From positions 1,123-65,122 of the forward strand of contig JAITGD010000140.1 in assembly GCA_031280885.1 (NCBI GenBank): 64,000 nt of DNA, read 5' to 3'. Shown here piece after piece: positions 27,538 to 38,316 of the stretch. This DNA is from Prevotellaceae bacterium. Its GTDB lineage: Bacteria > Bacteroidota > Bacteroidia > Bacteroidales > UBA932. Within the stretch, counting starts at the first letter, position 1. Every line of letters begins with the position of its first letter. The notes beneath the pieces are model-generated. The model was not told where the DNA came from. It made no database searches and saw nothing but the letters and a program-made list of their open reading frames with translations. The position numbers and the translations under genes were made by a program.

Positions 27538-28143
27538 ATGTTTAACTTCGTATTATTCGGTCCTCCGGGATCAGGAAAAGGCACTCAAGCCGAAAAACTT
27601 GTAGAAAAGTACAAATTCGTACACCTTTCTACCGGAAATATGCTCCGAGATGAAATCAAAAAAAATACCGAACTCGGAAAAAAAGTAAAATCCTTGATAG
27701 ACAAAGGTGAACTCGTCCCCGACGAAATTGTAATCCAATTAATTCAACTCAAAATCGTCGAAAATAAAAATTCTCCCGGATGCATCTTCGATGGATTCCC
27801 CAGAACCGTCGAACAGGCCAAAGCCCTTGACCTTATGCTCGAAAAAGAAAATTGCAAAATCGCAATGGCCGTTATTCTAAAAGTCGATGAAGAGGAATTA
27901 ATCAAACGAATAATCCTAAGAGGCCAAAATTCCGACCGTTCCGACGATTGCGACAAACAAATTGTCGAAAACAGAATCAAAGTTTATCACCAAAAAACAG
28001 CTCCGGTTGCCGAATATTACCGTCAGCAAAGAAAATGCGTGTATATTGACAACATGGGAACAATCGACGAAACATTTGCCGAACTATCTCGCAGCGTTCA
28101 TAATATGACAGCACTCACAGTACACGACCTTATTTACCGATAA
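27538..28143 (+). CDS. adk: Adenylate kinase
   Basis: The P-loop is FGPPGSGKGTQA, followed by LSTGNMLR and GFPRT motifs. Confidence 0.9.
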   Translation: MFNFVLFGPPGSGKGTQAEKLVEKYKFVHLSTGNMLRDEIKKNTELGKKVKSLIDKGELVPDEIVIQLIQLKIVENKNSPGCIFDGFPRTVEQAKALDLMLEKENCKIAMAVILKVDEEELIKRIILRGQNSDRSDDCDKQIVENRIKVYHQKTAPVAEYYRQQRKCVYIDNMGTIDETFAELSRSVHNMTALTVHDLIYR

Positions 28144-28190
28144 AAAATCGCAGGCTAATAAGCCACAAAAATCATCGCACAAAAAATCGT

Positions 28191-28231
28191 TTTGGAGCAT
28201 CAAGAAAACCTCGGATGCTCCAAATTTTTTT
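28191..28231 (+). terminator. Rho-independent terminator of adk
   Basis: TTTGGAGCATC, a 12-nt loop, GATGCTCCAAA, then T7. Confidence 0.75.
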
Positions 28232-28260
28232 CCGGAACATCAAGCAGCTCGCCTATCAGC

Positions 28261-28305
28261 AAAAAAAACGAGAGGCGCCGGGCAAATAGCCGCTAACGCC
28301 TCTCG
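28261..28305 (-). terminator. Rho-independent terminator of eno
   Basis: The hairpin CGAGAGGCG...CGCCTCTCG is preceded on the plus strand by A8, which becomes a U-run after the hairpin on the minus transcript. Confidence 0.65.
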
Positions 28306-28339
28306 AAAAAAAAAAAGAAACAATGTAGAAAATTACATT

Positions 28340-29638
<1,299 letters not shown>

Positions 29639-29958
29639 TTATTTAAATGATTTATAAACACATCCCATCGATAACCGTAAACATCAACGATTATCAAATC
29701 GGCGGCAAAATTAATACTTCTTTACGACATACACAAAAAAACCTCAACAAAAAGTGTAACTTTTTTGTAAATCAAAAATATAAGCTCAATTCACAGCCAC
29801 ATTTCGACCTCAAAAAATATAAGAACGAAAGCATAAACCCACGCCCAGCAAGGCTTTTTAAAGACATTTCGACGGATACATCCCACCTGCAAAGGCCAAA
29901 ACTTTCTCTTCGGACGCATCAGCATCGCCTACTACCACCGATTTTTTATTTTTTGATT

Positions 29959-30210
29959 GATACATCTCGCCTACAAGAGCAAAATTATTTTCTTTGGACA
30001 AATACGTCTCGTGAACAAGTTCCAAATTATTTTTTTGGGATGAATACGTCCCGCGAACAAGCCCCAAATTATTTTTTTGGGACGAATACGCTACGCGAAC
30101 AAGCCCAAAATTATTTTTTTGGGATGAGTAGGCGTCATGTATAAGCTCCAAAATGTTTTTTCGAGGGTAATACGTATAATGTATCGATGCAAACACAATT
30201 TTCCCGCCCG
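29959..30210. repeat. 42-bp tandem repeat: four good copies (29959-30126) plus two degenerate copies
   Basis: The unit is AATACGTCyCGyGAACAAGyyCCAAATTATTTTTTTGGGAyG. Each unit contains a CCCAAA/TTTGGG mini-hairpin. A further related copy lies at 30343-30385. Confidence 0.85.
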
Positions 30211-30216
30211 ATTAAT

Positions 30217-30335
30217 CATTAAACATTAAACATTAAACATTAAACAGGCCTGTCATATAATCACATTCCATCCCTACGGGATGGTTATTTGGTGGGTGAG
30301 CGCTTTGTTCTACCAACATAGCGTCCCTACGGGAC
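30217..30335. repeat. (CATTAAA)x4 heptamer array followed by two CCCTACGGG-centred hairpins
   Basis: I read CATTAAACATTAAACATTAAACATTAAAC, then CCATCCCTACGGGATGG and GCGTCCCTACGGGACGC. Confidence 0.7.
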
Positions 30336-30389
30336 GCATCGGAAACACGTATAAGCTCCAAAACATTATTTCCGCAGAAAAAATTTTAT

Positions 30390-31523
30390 CTAATAGCTGG
30401 TTTTTTTATAATTTGCGATAGCCCAGGCGTTAAAAAAGAGGGCAAAAGCGGCGATATGCAGTAATTGGGGGATAATATCGGCGAGCGAACTGCCTTTCAT
30501 GTACACTAAGCGCATAACTTCGATAAAATATCGCACAGGGTTGAATCGTGTGATAAGCTGAGCCCATTCGGGCATGCTACTTATCGGTGTAAACAGGCCG
30601 CTCATCATGAAAAAAATCATCAGGAAGAAGAATGATAAGAGCATAGCCTGCTGCTGTGTGTTCGAGTAGGTGGATATGAGCAGCCCTAAGCCGGAACATG
30701 CCAAAAGATAGACGAATGAGAAGAGGTATAGATCCACCGTTTTTCCTTCGGGCGATAATCCGTACACAATTCTGACCACAAAAATTCCTGCCGAAAGTAC
30801 AAAGAGGCCAATGGTCCAGAAAGGAATTAATTTTCCGAGAATAAAGATGCTTTTACTCACCGGCGTAACGTTGATTTGCTCAATTGTGCCGCTCTCTTTT
30901 TCCTTAACAATATTCATTGAGGCTAACATGCCGCCGATTAAGGTAACAAGCATCACAATTATCCCCGGTACCATAAAGTTACGATAGTTCATCGCTGTGT
31001 TATAGCGAAATGAGGGACGGATATCGATTCGTCCGCGAGGATTTTGCCCTTCGTTGCTCAGCATTTCGGCGTTAATTTCGCCGATTATTTGCGATGCGTA
31101 CGACGAGCCGAGGCCGGCTTTTTGTCCATTGACGGCATTTACCGACAGCATTATCTGCGAATTTTTTTCGGAGATTAATCGGCGTTCAAAACCGGCGGGA
31201 ATTTCCAAAATCAGGTCGGCTTGGTTACGCTCAACGGCCTCAATAGCCTGTGAATAGGAGGCAGGGTAATGTGCAAGGCGGAAAAATCCGGAAGCCAGCA
31301 CCCGTTGGCTCAGCTTACGCGAGACTTCGCTTCGGTCGCCGTCCAATATGCTAAGCGAGATGTTGCGCTGCTCGAAAGTTGCCGCCCATGGTAGCACCAA
31401 TAGCTGGACGATGGGGATTACGAGAATCATCCGGAGGATAGTTTTGTCGCGAAATATTTGTAGAAACTCTTTTTGGAGCAGGTATTTCAGCGCCCGTGCG
31501 CTATTTTTTTCTTTTGAGTTCAT
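30390..31523 (-). CDS. ABC-2-type transporter permease
   Basis: It has an N-terminal TM segment, a large extracytoplasmic loop and five C-terminal TM segments (YbhR/YbhS-like layout). No ATPase gene is adjacent. Confidence 0.65.
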   Translation of the reverse strand: MNSKEKNSARALKYLLQKEFLQIFRDKTILRMILVIPIVQLLVLPWAATFEQRNISLSILDGDRSEVSRKLSQRVLASGFFRLAHYPASYSQAIEAVERNQADLILEIPAGFERRLISEKNSQIMLSVNAVNGQKAGLGSSYASQIIGEINAEMLSNEGQNPRGRIDIRPSFRYNTAMNYRNFMVPGIIVMLVTLIGGMLASMNIVKEKESGTIEQINVTPVSKSIFILGKLIPFWTIGLFVLSAGIFVVRIVYGLSPEGKTVDLYLFSFVYLLACSGLGLLISTYSNTQQQAMLLSFFFLMIFFMMSGLFTPISSMPEWAQLITRFNPVRYFIEVMRLVYMKGSSLADIIPQLLHIAAFALFFNAWAIANYKKTSY

Positions 31524-31547
31524 ATTTTTGCTCTCGTTTATTTATTT

Positions 31548-32054
31548 TTACTTTTCGACCGATTTATGATATGCACGGCGCGCGCCACGCGGGTAAATCA
31601 CTTCGCCACAGTACTCAAAGCCCGATTTTTCGAGCAATTGCAGCATATATATATTATCGAAATTTGTATCGATTCGGAAACTGCGTATTTCTCGTTGGAG
31701 GCATAATTTTTCGACTTCGCGGATGAATTTTGCTGCCATCCCTTGCCGTTTTTTTTCGTCGGCAACAGCCAGACGGTGAACGGTTACGTATGGAAAATTG
31801 TCTGTCCAGCGACCCACTATCGAATCGTAAGCCGGTTCACCGTCGAAGCACACAGCTCCATATACAATCACTTTCGACGATTCGTCGCAAATCACATATC
31901 CATAGCCCTTTAAAATGTCCATTTGCAAGGTATCGCGTGTCGGATAGTCGTCGCCCCACTGCGTACTGTTCATTTCGCGCATTTGTTGTTTAGCCTGCAA
32001 AATTATTTCCCAGATTCTAAGCGCGTCTTTTTCATCAGCTTTTCTGAATTTCAT
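31548..32054 (-). CDS. GNAT-family N-acetyltransferase
   Basis: It is 168 aa with the acetyl-CoA motif region VHRLAVADEKKRQGMAAKFI. Confidence 0.7.
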   Translation of the reverse strand: MKFRKADEKDALRIWEIILQAKQQMREMNSTQWGDDYPTRDTLQMDILKGYGYVICDESSKVIVYGAVCFDGEPAYDSIVGRWTDNFPYVTVHRLAVADEKKRQGMAAKFIREVEKLCLQREIRSFRIDTNFDNIYMLQLLEKSGFEYCGEVIYPRGARRAYHKSVEK

Positions 32055-32084
32055 GGTCTTGTTATTTCCCGCAAAGGTAGAGAA

Positions 32085-32187
32085 TTTTTTTGGGAATCAA
32101 GATTACAAGAGCCAAGAGCCAAGACATTTTTTTGGGAATCAAGATTACTTTTATTGAACCAGGATTACAGGAATCAAGAGCCAAGAC
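32085..32187. repeat. Degenerate member of the CAAGA-heptad repeat family
   Basis: TTTTTTTGGGAATCAAGATTAC occurs twice, together with CAAGAGCCAAGAGCCAAGAC and GGAATCAAGAGCCAAGAC. It lies in a divergent promoter region. Confidence 0.6.
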
Positions 32188-32319
32188 AGTGGGAGGTGTT
32201 AGTCCGTCTTTTTTGTTTTTTTTGGATTGAGCAGGACTATTGCTTACGATTTTTGATTTGATAAGCATCTAAGTATTTGTTATTTGCTTCTATTTTGCTT
32301 TTTGTTTGATTAAATATAT

Positions 32320-32327
32320 TACCTTTG
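32320..32327 (+). promoter_or_regulatory. -7 box TACCTTTG
   Basis: This is a perfect match 35 nt upstream of the ATG at 32362. Confidence 0.5.
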
Positions 32328-32361
32328 CGGCACGTTAAATTAAATCTAACATGTATTAGAG

Positions 32362-34809
32362 ATGAAGAAGATTGTTTTTTTATTTTTGGCTGCGGTAGGC
32401 TTACAGCTTAAAGCCCAGCCTGCAGAAACGGGGCTTCGCGCTCCGGCCTATCCTCTTGTAACGGTCGATCCTTACACATCGGCCTGGTCTTTTACCGACA
32501 AACTTTACGAGGATAATGTAAAACATTGGACTGGCGCCGAATTTCCGCTTGTCGGGGCGCTTCGCGTCGATGGTGTTACGTATCGATTTATGGGAGTCGA
32601 GCGCGTACCTCTCAAGGGCATAGCTCCGATATCCTACGAGGCTTCGTGGGAGGGACGTTTTACGCTCGAACGTCCCAAAGAAGGCTGGACAGAAGCAGGT
32701 TTCGACGACAGCAGCTGGGATTTGGGCAAAGCAGCTTTTGGTACTCCCGACGAGACGAATGTTCAGACTCAATGGTTAAGCCGCAGCATCTGGGTACGGC
32801 GAAATCTGACCACAGGGTCGATCGATTTGACGAAAAAACTTTTTATTAAGTATTCTCACGACGACACATTCGAGCTGTATGTAAACGGCGTCCAGATAGT
32901 TAAAACCGGATATGTTTGGCGAAAAGATGTTGTGGTCGAATTGTCCGACGAAGTAAAGCAAACATTTTCTGAGGGGCGGGCGGTTATTGCTGCGCATTGT
33001 CGGAATCGAACCGGCGGCGCTCTTGTGGATTTCGGTTTATATACCGAAGAAGAAGTTGAGCTTCATTTGGGACGCACGGCTGTTCAAAAATCCGTAAAAG
33101 TCGAAGCCACGCGCAGCACTTATGTCTTTGAATGTGGTGCGGTTGAGCTTGAGTTGTCCTTTACGGCGCCATTTTTGATGAACGAGCTTGATTTGCTATC
33201 CCGACCGGTGAATTACATTTCGTATCGGCTTTCATCGCTTGACGGTAAGGCACATCAATCGGAAATTTACTTTGAAGCCTCTCCGCAATGGGCCTTAAAC
33301 AAGGCCTCTCAGCCGAGTGAGGCAAAGTCGTACGAGTCGGGCGATTTACTTTTTGTGCGTACCGGGTCCAAAGATCAGAAGATACTGAATCGCAGCGGCG
33401 ATGACGTGCGCATTGATTGGGGATATTTTTATCTTTGCAGCGAAAAGGCCGGCTCATCCTCGTCGATTGGAAATGTTTTCGCTCTCAGGGATCAGTTTGT
33501 ACGGACGGGCGCGTTTTCCGGCAGCGATAAGTTACGGGATAATGCTTCGATAGCCATATCGCAATCAGCGGGTAAGGTAAAGACCGCGTCGGGAAAAATT
33601 CTGGTTGGATACGATGATATTTATTCCATTCAATATTTCGGCACGAATCTGAGACCGTATTGGAACAGAGACGGAAAGAAATCAATTGAGTCTATATTTT
33701 CCACCGCCAATGCCGAATTTAAAAATTTGGACGAAAAGTGTAAAAAGTTCGACGCTGCAATGTTTTCGCGAGCCGTTGAAGCCGGCGGTCGCGAGTATGC
33801 CGAGCTTTGTGCTTTGGCATATAGGCAATCTATTTCGGCTCATAAACTTGTGGAGGCTCCCAACGGCGATTTGCTTTTCCTTTCAAAGGAAAATTTCAGC
33901 AACGGGTCAATCGGTACTGTTGATGTTACGTATCCATCGGCTCCCTTGTATTTACTGTATAGTCCTGAACTTGTGAAGGGTTTGCTTAATCATATTTTTT
34001 ATTACAGCGAAAGCGGGCGATGGACAAAGCCATTTCCTGCACACGACGTTGGAACGTATCCATTGGCTAACGGACAGACTTATGGGGGCGACATGCCCGT
34101 CGAAGAGGCCGGCAACATGCTTATACTGACGGCTGCGCTGGCAAAATCCGAAGGTAATGCCTTGTATGCTTCCAAGCATTGGGATGTTTTGACGATTTGG
34201 ACTGATTATCTTGTCGAAAAAGGACTTGATCCCGAAAATCAATTATGTACTGATGACTTCGCGGGGCATTTTGCGCACAATGTAAACCTTTCTGTTAAGG
34301 CCATAATGGGAATTGCGGCTTATGCTTATCTTGCCGATATGCTCGGAAAAAAAGATTTGGCCAAAAAATACACTTCTAAGGCCAAAGAAATGGCTGCCGA
34401 GTGGATGAAAATGGCCGATGATGGTGATCATTACCGTCTTACCTTCGATAAACAGGGTACTTGGAGCCAGAAATATAATTTGGTTTGGGACAAAATTATC
34501 GGCTTGAATATCTTCCCAAAATCAGTTGTGCAAAAGGAGATTGCCTGGTATCTGCAAAAACAAAATATTTACGGTTTGCCTTTGGACAATCGGAAGAATT
34601 ATACAAAATCAGACTGGATTGTGTGGACTGCAACACTGTCGGACGATAAATCTGTTTTTGAGAAATTTATCTCGCCTTTGTACAAGTTTGTAAACGAAAC
34701 CGAAGATCGTATCCCGATGTCCGACTGGTACAATACCGATAGCAAAAAACATGTCGGATTCCGCGCCCGTTCTGTGGTCGGAGGATATTTTATAAAGATG
34801 CTTTTTTAG
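32362..34809 (+). CDS. Glutaminase-A-like (DUF4964/DUF5127/DUF4965/DUF1793-type) secreted glycan-active protein
   Basis: The signal peptide is MKKIVFLFLAAVGLQLKAQ. The C-terminal (alpha/alpha)6-like region reads DVTYPSAPLYLLYSPELVKGLL...PFPAHDVGTYP...MPVEEAGNMLIL...DPENQLCTDDFAGH. Confidence 0.65.
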   Translation: MKKIVFLFLAAVGLQLKAQPAETGLRAPAYPLVTVDPYTSAWSFTDKLYEDNVKHWTGAEFPLVGALRVDGVTYRFMGVERVPLKGIAPISYEASWEGRFTLERPKEGWTEAGFDDSSWDLGKAAFGTPDETNVQTQWLSRSIWVRRNLTTGSIDLTKKLFIKYSHDDTFELYVNGVQIVKTGYVWRKDVVVELSDEVKQTFSEGRAVIAAHCRNRTGGALVDFGLYTEEEVELHLGRTAVQKSVKVEATRSTYVFECGAVELELSFTAPFLMNELDLLSRPVNYISYRLSSLDGKAHQSEIYFEASPQWALNKASQPSEAKSYESGDLLFVRTGSKDQKILNRSGDDVRIDWGYFYLCSEKAGSSSSIGNVFALRDQFVRTGAFSGSDKLRDNASIAISQSAGKVKTASGKILVGYDDIYSIQYFGTNLRPYWNRDGKKSIESIFSTANAEFKNLDEKCKKFDAAMFSRAVEAGGREYAELCALAYRQSISAHKLVEAPNGDLLFLSKENFSNGSIGTVDVTYPSAPLYLLYSPELVKGLLNHIFYYSESGRWTKPFPAHDVGTYPLANGQTYGGDMPVEEAGNMLILTAALAKSEGNALYASKHWDVLTIWTDYLVEKGLDPENQLCTDDFAGHFAHNVNLSVKAIMGIAAYAYLADMLGKKDLAKKYTSKAKEMAAEWMKMADDGDHYRLTFDKQGTWSQKYNLVWDKIIGLNIFPKSVVQKEIAWYLQKQNIYGLPLDNRKNYTKSDWIVWTATLSDDKSVFEKFISPLYKFVNETEDRIPMSDWYNTDSKKHVGFRARSVVGGYFIKMLF

Positions 34810-34972
34810 GAACCAAGAATCAAGATTTCAAGAGTCAGGACGCTACGCAGTCAAGCAGAAAGCAGAAGGCAGAAAGCAGAAGGCAGAAAGCAGAAGGCAG
34901 AAGGCAGAAGGCATGTTCCGTGCTGCCTTCTGCTTTCTGCTTTCTGCTTTCTGCTTTCTTGGTTCTTGGCTC
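34809..34972. repeat. Nested palindromic element (copy E5) with GCAGAAR heptamer arms
   Basis: The sequence reads GGAACCAAGAATCAAGATTTCAAGAGTCAGGACGCTACGCAG-(GCAGAAR)x8-loop-(GCyTTCT)x5-TGGTTCTTGGCTCC. It fills the whole gap between two convergent stop codons. Confidence 0.9.
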
Positions 34973-34975
34973 CAA

Positions 34976-36043
34976 TCAAAAGGCGTATCCCAGCGTTATT
35001 CTGAAGGTATTGTCTAAGGGATTTTTGACGCTTGAGGTGCTTATAAGATACGAGGCGTCAAGTTGTAAAGCGCCGTACATCAGTCCTATTCCGAAGGTAA
35101 AATATCTGTATCCGGGATATTCTTTGCTGTTGTGGTATCCGCTTCGAGCCAGCAAAGTACGCGCGAAACAGTATTCGGCTCCGAATCCCCAGCAGAAATC
35201 GCCGGCCGATTTGCCAAAAGATTTTCCGATGGCTTCAAAGACAGAATAATTGCTGTCGTATCGTGTTGGCACAAGGGATTTATTGAGATCAAGCGAAAGG
35301 GAGAGGGTATTTCGTTTGTCGAAATGCACTTTCCATGTTCCGCCGATGCGGAAATTCATTGGCAAGAAATATTCGGCGCCTTCGGCTTTTTTCACTTTTG
35401 TTCCTAAGTTCGAGAGGTTTGTACCGAAAGATAGTTCGGTATTCAGTTTTCCCACAGGTAATTCGGGCATGGTGTAGAAAAAACTGACGTCGCCGGCAAA
35501 AGCGGAAGCAGGTCTCAAAGCGCCTGTTCCAGAGGCATGTTCTACTTTGATTCCGCTGGCGTATCTCAGGGCAATTCCTCCCGAAAAACGGCGTCCGAGG
35601 CGGTGCGAATATGACACATCGATGGCGTATTCGTTGGAAGATATTGTTGCCAGGAAGGTATTATCTAAGCTTCTAAGGTCGATATGTCCGATATTTAGAT
35701 ATCGCACTGAGGCTCCGACTGCGCTTCGCTCGCCGAATTTGGCATATCCGGCGAAGTATCCCATGTTCATACCTCTGGTTATGTCGCTCAGCCAGGGCAT
35801 GTACGATAGAGAGGCTTTGTAGTTAGCCTCGGCAAAAATATATTTCGACGGGTTCCAATGTTGCGAGTTGGCGTCGGGCGAGCTTGCCACACCGACGTCT
35901 CCCATGCCTGAAGCGCGTGCTTCGGGGGAAATATCAAGGATAAATAGGGCTTTGTAGGAGTCCTGTGCACGGAGGTCAGAGAATCCGAGAGCAAGGCAAA
36001 ACATTACGAATAACAAGCGATTAACGCGGTCAGAGGTAGTCAT
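34976..36043 (-). CDS. porV: Type IX secretion system outer-membrane channel protein, PorV(LptO)/PorQ family (best fit PorV)
   Basis: The motif LDISPEARASGMGDVGVASSPDANSQHWNPSKY is followed by a beta-barrel pattern ending in the aromatic terminus GYAF. I chose the internal Met (MTTSDRVNRLLFVMFCLALGF signal peptide) because a TACCTTTG box lies at 36077-36084 inside the longer track ORF (34976-36154). Confidence 0.65.
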   Translation of the reverse strand: MTTSDRVNRLLFVMFCLALGFSDLRAQDSYKALFILDISPEARASGMGDVGVASSPDANSQHWNPSKYIFAEANYKASLSYMPWLSDITRGMNMGYFAGYAKFGERSAVGASVRYLNIGHIDLRSLDNTFLATISSNEYAIDVSYSHRLGRRFSGGIALRYASGIKVEHASGTGALRPASAFAGDVSFFYTMPELPVGKLNTELSFGTNLSNLGTKVKKAEGAEYFLPMNFRIGGTWKVHFDKRNTLSLSLDLNKSLVPTRYDSNYSVFEAIGKSFGKSAGDFCWGFGAEYCFARTLLARSGYHNSKEYPGYRYFTFGIGLMYGALQLDASYLISTSSVKNPLDNTFRITLGYAF

Positions 36044-36076
36044 ATTTCTATGTTTTATTTTTTTAAATTCAAGGTT

Positions 36077-36084
36077 CAAAGGTA
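36077..36084 (-). promoter_or_regulatory. -7 box TACCTTTG for porV
   Basis: The minus strand reads TACCTTTG about 34 nt upstream of the Met at 36043. Confidence 0.5.
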
Positions 36085-36138
36085 TGAATAAATTGTGTAA
36101 GCGGAGAATCCACTGTTTTGCGAACATAAAAAAATATT

Positions 36139-36146
36139 TAATTTTG
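36139..36146 (+). promoter_or_regulatory. -7 box TAATTTTG for the amidase-mltG pair
   Basis: It matches TAnnTTTG and lies 74 nt upstream of 36220. Confidence 0.35.
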
Positions 36147-36219
36147 CGCCGCATATCGCGTTCGGTATGTTTAACATCAAGGCACGAGATTTATTCGAGC
36201 GGGATGACATAAATTTTAT

Positions 36220-37122
36220 ATGACGGTTCAATCCAGAATTTTCGGAAAAGCGATGTCGGCGACACGCAAAATATTTATAACAAGGCTGATAACTGCAATT
36301 TTATTTATGGCGATATTCGTTGTGATTGCCGATGCGCAATCGAACGATACCGGCCTGCATACGGTAGTTATAGATGCTGGACACGGCGGAAAAGATCCGG
36401 GCGCTGTGGGACGGATGTCATACGAAAAAAATATTGTACTGTCGGTAGCCTTACGGCTGGGAGCGATGATAGAAACATGGTTTCCGGACGTTAAGGTGAT
36501 CTATACAAGAAATCGAGATTATTTTGTGCCGCTTGCCGAGCGAAGCGATATTGCCAATCAAGCCAAAGCGGATTTGTTCATTTCGATTCATGCAAACAGC
36601 GTAGAAAACAACAGAACTGCAATCGGATGCGAAACCTATATCATGGGATTGCACAGGACGCAGGAAAATCTGGAGATAGCAATGCGCGAAAACAGCGTTA
36701 TCAGTATGGAAACCGACCAGTCGGCATACGAGGGTTTCGACCCTTCGTCGCTCGAATCGTATATAGTTTTTCAACTGATGCAGAACGCTTATCTGGAACA
36801 AAGCCTCAAAATGGCTGACTATATTCAGGATGAATTTTTAAAAGACAGCCCCGTAAGGATGAATCGAGGAATTAAACAGGCTGGTTTTGTGGTGCTTTAC
36901 CGAACAGCTGCTCCAAGCGTGCTTGTGGAATTGGGCTTTATTTCGAATATTGTAGAGGAAAAAACCTTGATGAACCCCGACAATCAGCAACAAATGGCCG
37001 AGTGCATATTCCGTGCCTTTAAAAGATATAAAACCGGCGTGGATGCGCAGGCAATAAGCCTGAAATCAGATACTATCCAAGATGCAGACGTCGAAATTCG
37101 TGATACTTTTATCGAAAATTAA
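36220..37122 (+). CDS. N-acetylmuramoyl-L-alanine amidase (Amidase_3 family)
   Basis: Motifs VVIDAGHGGKDPGAVG, FISIHANS and GFVVLYRTAAPSVLVELGFISN are present. Confidence 0.85.
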   Translation: MTVQSRIFGKAMSATRKIFITRLITAILFMAIFVVIADAQSNDTGLHTVVIDAGHGGKDPGAVGRMSYEKNIVLSVALRLGAMIETWFPDVKVIYTRNRDYFVPLAERSDIANQAKADLFISIHANSVENNRTAIGCETYIMGLHRTQENLEIAMRENSVISMETDQSAYEGFDPSSLESYIVFQLMQNAYLEQSLKMADYIQDEFLKDSPVRMNRGIKQAGFVVLYRTAAPSVLVELGFISNIVEEKTLMNPDNQQQMAECIFRAFKRYKTGVDAQAISLKSDTIQDADVEIRDTFIEN

Positions 37123-37131
37123 TCGCAACAA

Positions 37132-38172
37132 ATGATCAAGCGTAAACAGAAATCGAAAATAGCGGTACGGATAGTCATAATATATGTCCTTGTTTTTTCG
37201 GCGATTACTGCATATCGATTTTTAAGTTCCGACAGAATTGAGCTGAAATCAAGCAAAGTAAACGTGTATATTCCTTCGGATTCGAGTCTGGAACAAGTGG
37301 CCGATTCTTTGATGAAAAAACGTGTGTTTGCAAAGAAAAATAGATTTATGCAACATGCAAAATTACAGGGATATAGCAAAGTAAAAGGCGGACGGTACAT
37401 CGTTACGCGGGGAATGAGCTATCGAAAGCTGATAAATATGCTTGCATCGGGCAGTCAAACACCGGTAAATCTGACAATTTCGGGAAATATACGAACCCGT
37501 GAACAGCTGGCGGCAGTGGTATCGTCGCAGATTGAAGCCGATTCTGTGGCAATTCTTAATTTACTAAATAACAAACAGATGCTGGCTGAATTGGGATTCG
37601 CTCCCGAAAATAGTATCCTGCTCTTCATGCCGAACACGTACAACGTTTATTGGAACCGAAACCCAACGCGACTTTTCAAAGACATGAAAAAACAGTACGA
37701 CGATTTCTGGAACACGAAACGCACAAGCCGGCTCGATTCATTAAAAATGAGCCGAAACGAAGTGATGATAATCGCTTCGATAGCTATAGAAGAATCGTCG
37801 AATGTCGATGAGCTACCGCGCATTGCGGGAGTGTATATCAACCGTCTCAGACGCAAAATGCCGCTCCAGGCCGACCCTACTGTAAAATACGCTGTGGGAG
37901 ATTTCGCGTTGCGGCGGGTGCTGACAAAGCATACGGAACATAATTCGCCTTATAACACATACAAACACACTGGTTTACCTCCTGGACCAATCTGTATTCC
38001 TTCGCCAGTAGCAGTTGATGCGACACTGAATTATGAACATCACGACTATCTGTTTTTCTGCGCAAAAGACGATTTTTCGGGACGACATGTCTTCGCAAAA
38101 ACACTCCAGCAACACAGTCAAAACGCCGAAACATATCGACGAGCGCTTAATAAACGACGAATATACAGATAA
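37132..38172 (+). CDS. mltG: Endolytic murein transglycosylase MltG (YceG-like)
   Basis: It has an N-terminal TM segment plus IIASIAIEES, GVYINRL, LQADPTVKY and SPYNTYKHTGLPPGPICIPS. Confidence 0.85.
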   Translation: MIKRKQKSKIAVRIVIIYVLVFSAITAYRFLSSDRIELKSSKVNVYIPSDSSLEQVADSLMKKRVFAKKNRFMQHAKLQGYSKVKGGRYIVTRGMSYRKLINMLASGSQTPVNLTISGNIRTREQLAAVVSSQIEADSVAILNLLNNKQMLAELGFAPENSILLFMPNTYNVYWNRNPTRLFKDMKKQYDDFWNTKRTSRLDSLKMSRNEVMIIASIAIEESSNVDELPRIAGVYINRLRRKMPLQADPTVKYAVGDFALRRVLTKHTEHNSPYNTYKHTGLPPGPICIPSPVAVDATLNYEHHDYLFFCAKDDFSGRHVFAKTLQQHSQNAETYRRALNKRRIYR

Positions 38173-38316
38173 ATAGCCGACCTATCTGACAAAATGTCAG
38201 AAATAAATAAGATTTTTCAGGCAGATTAATACCCTGTTTTTCAGACGGAAATCTCCAATGTCCAATTCAGGCACGAATTTTGATAAAATCCATCGAAAAA
38301 CTTTAATATAATAACA

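Noticed and set aside
29647-30196. ORFs 29647-30144 (+, 165 aa) and 29858-30196 (-, 112 aa), with internally repeated peptides.
   Set aside because: Their periodic peptides simply mirror the 42-bp tandem repeat (14 codons per unit). There is no start context or homology.
29959-30210. Possible CRISPR arrays. I also considered the arrays at 45800-46170 and the GCAGAAR arrays.
   Set aside because: The repeat units are directly adjacent with no unique spacers. The units are 7, 8 or 42 bp, not 24-48-bp repeats alternating with spacers. No cas genes are present in the window.
34976-36154. Full-length 392-aa version of the PorV-like ORF, starting at 36154.
   Set aside because: The first 37 codons have no signal-peptide character and contain the TACCTTTG -7 box at 36077-36084. 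The Met at 36043 is followed by a typical signal peptide.
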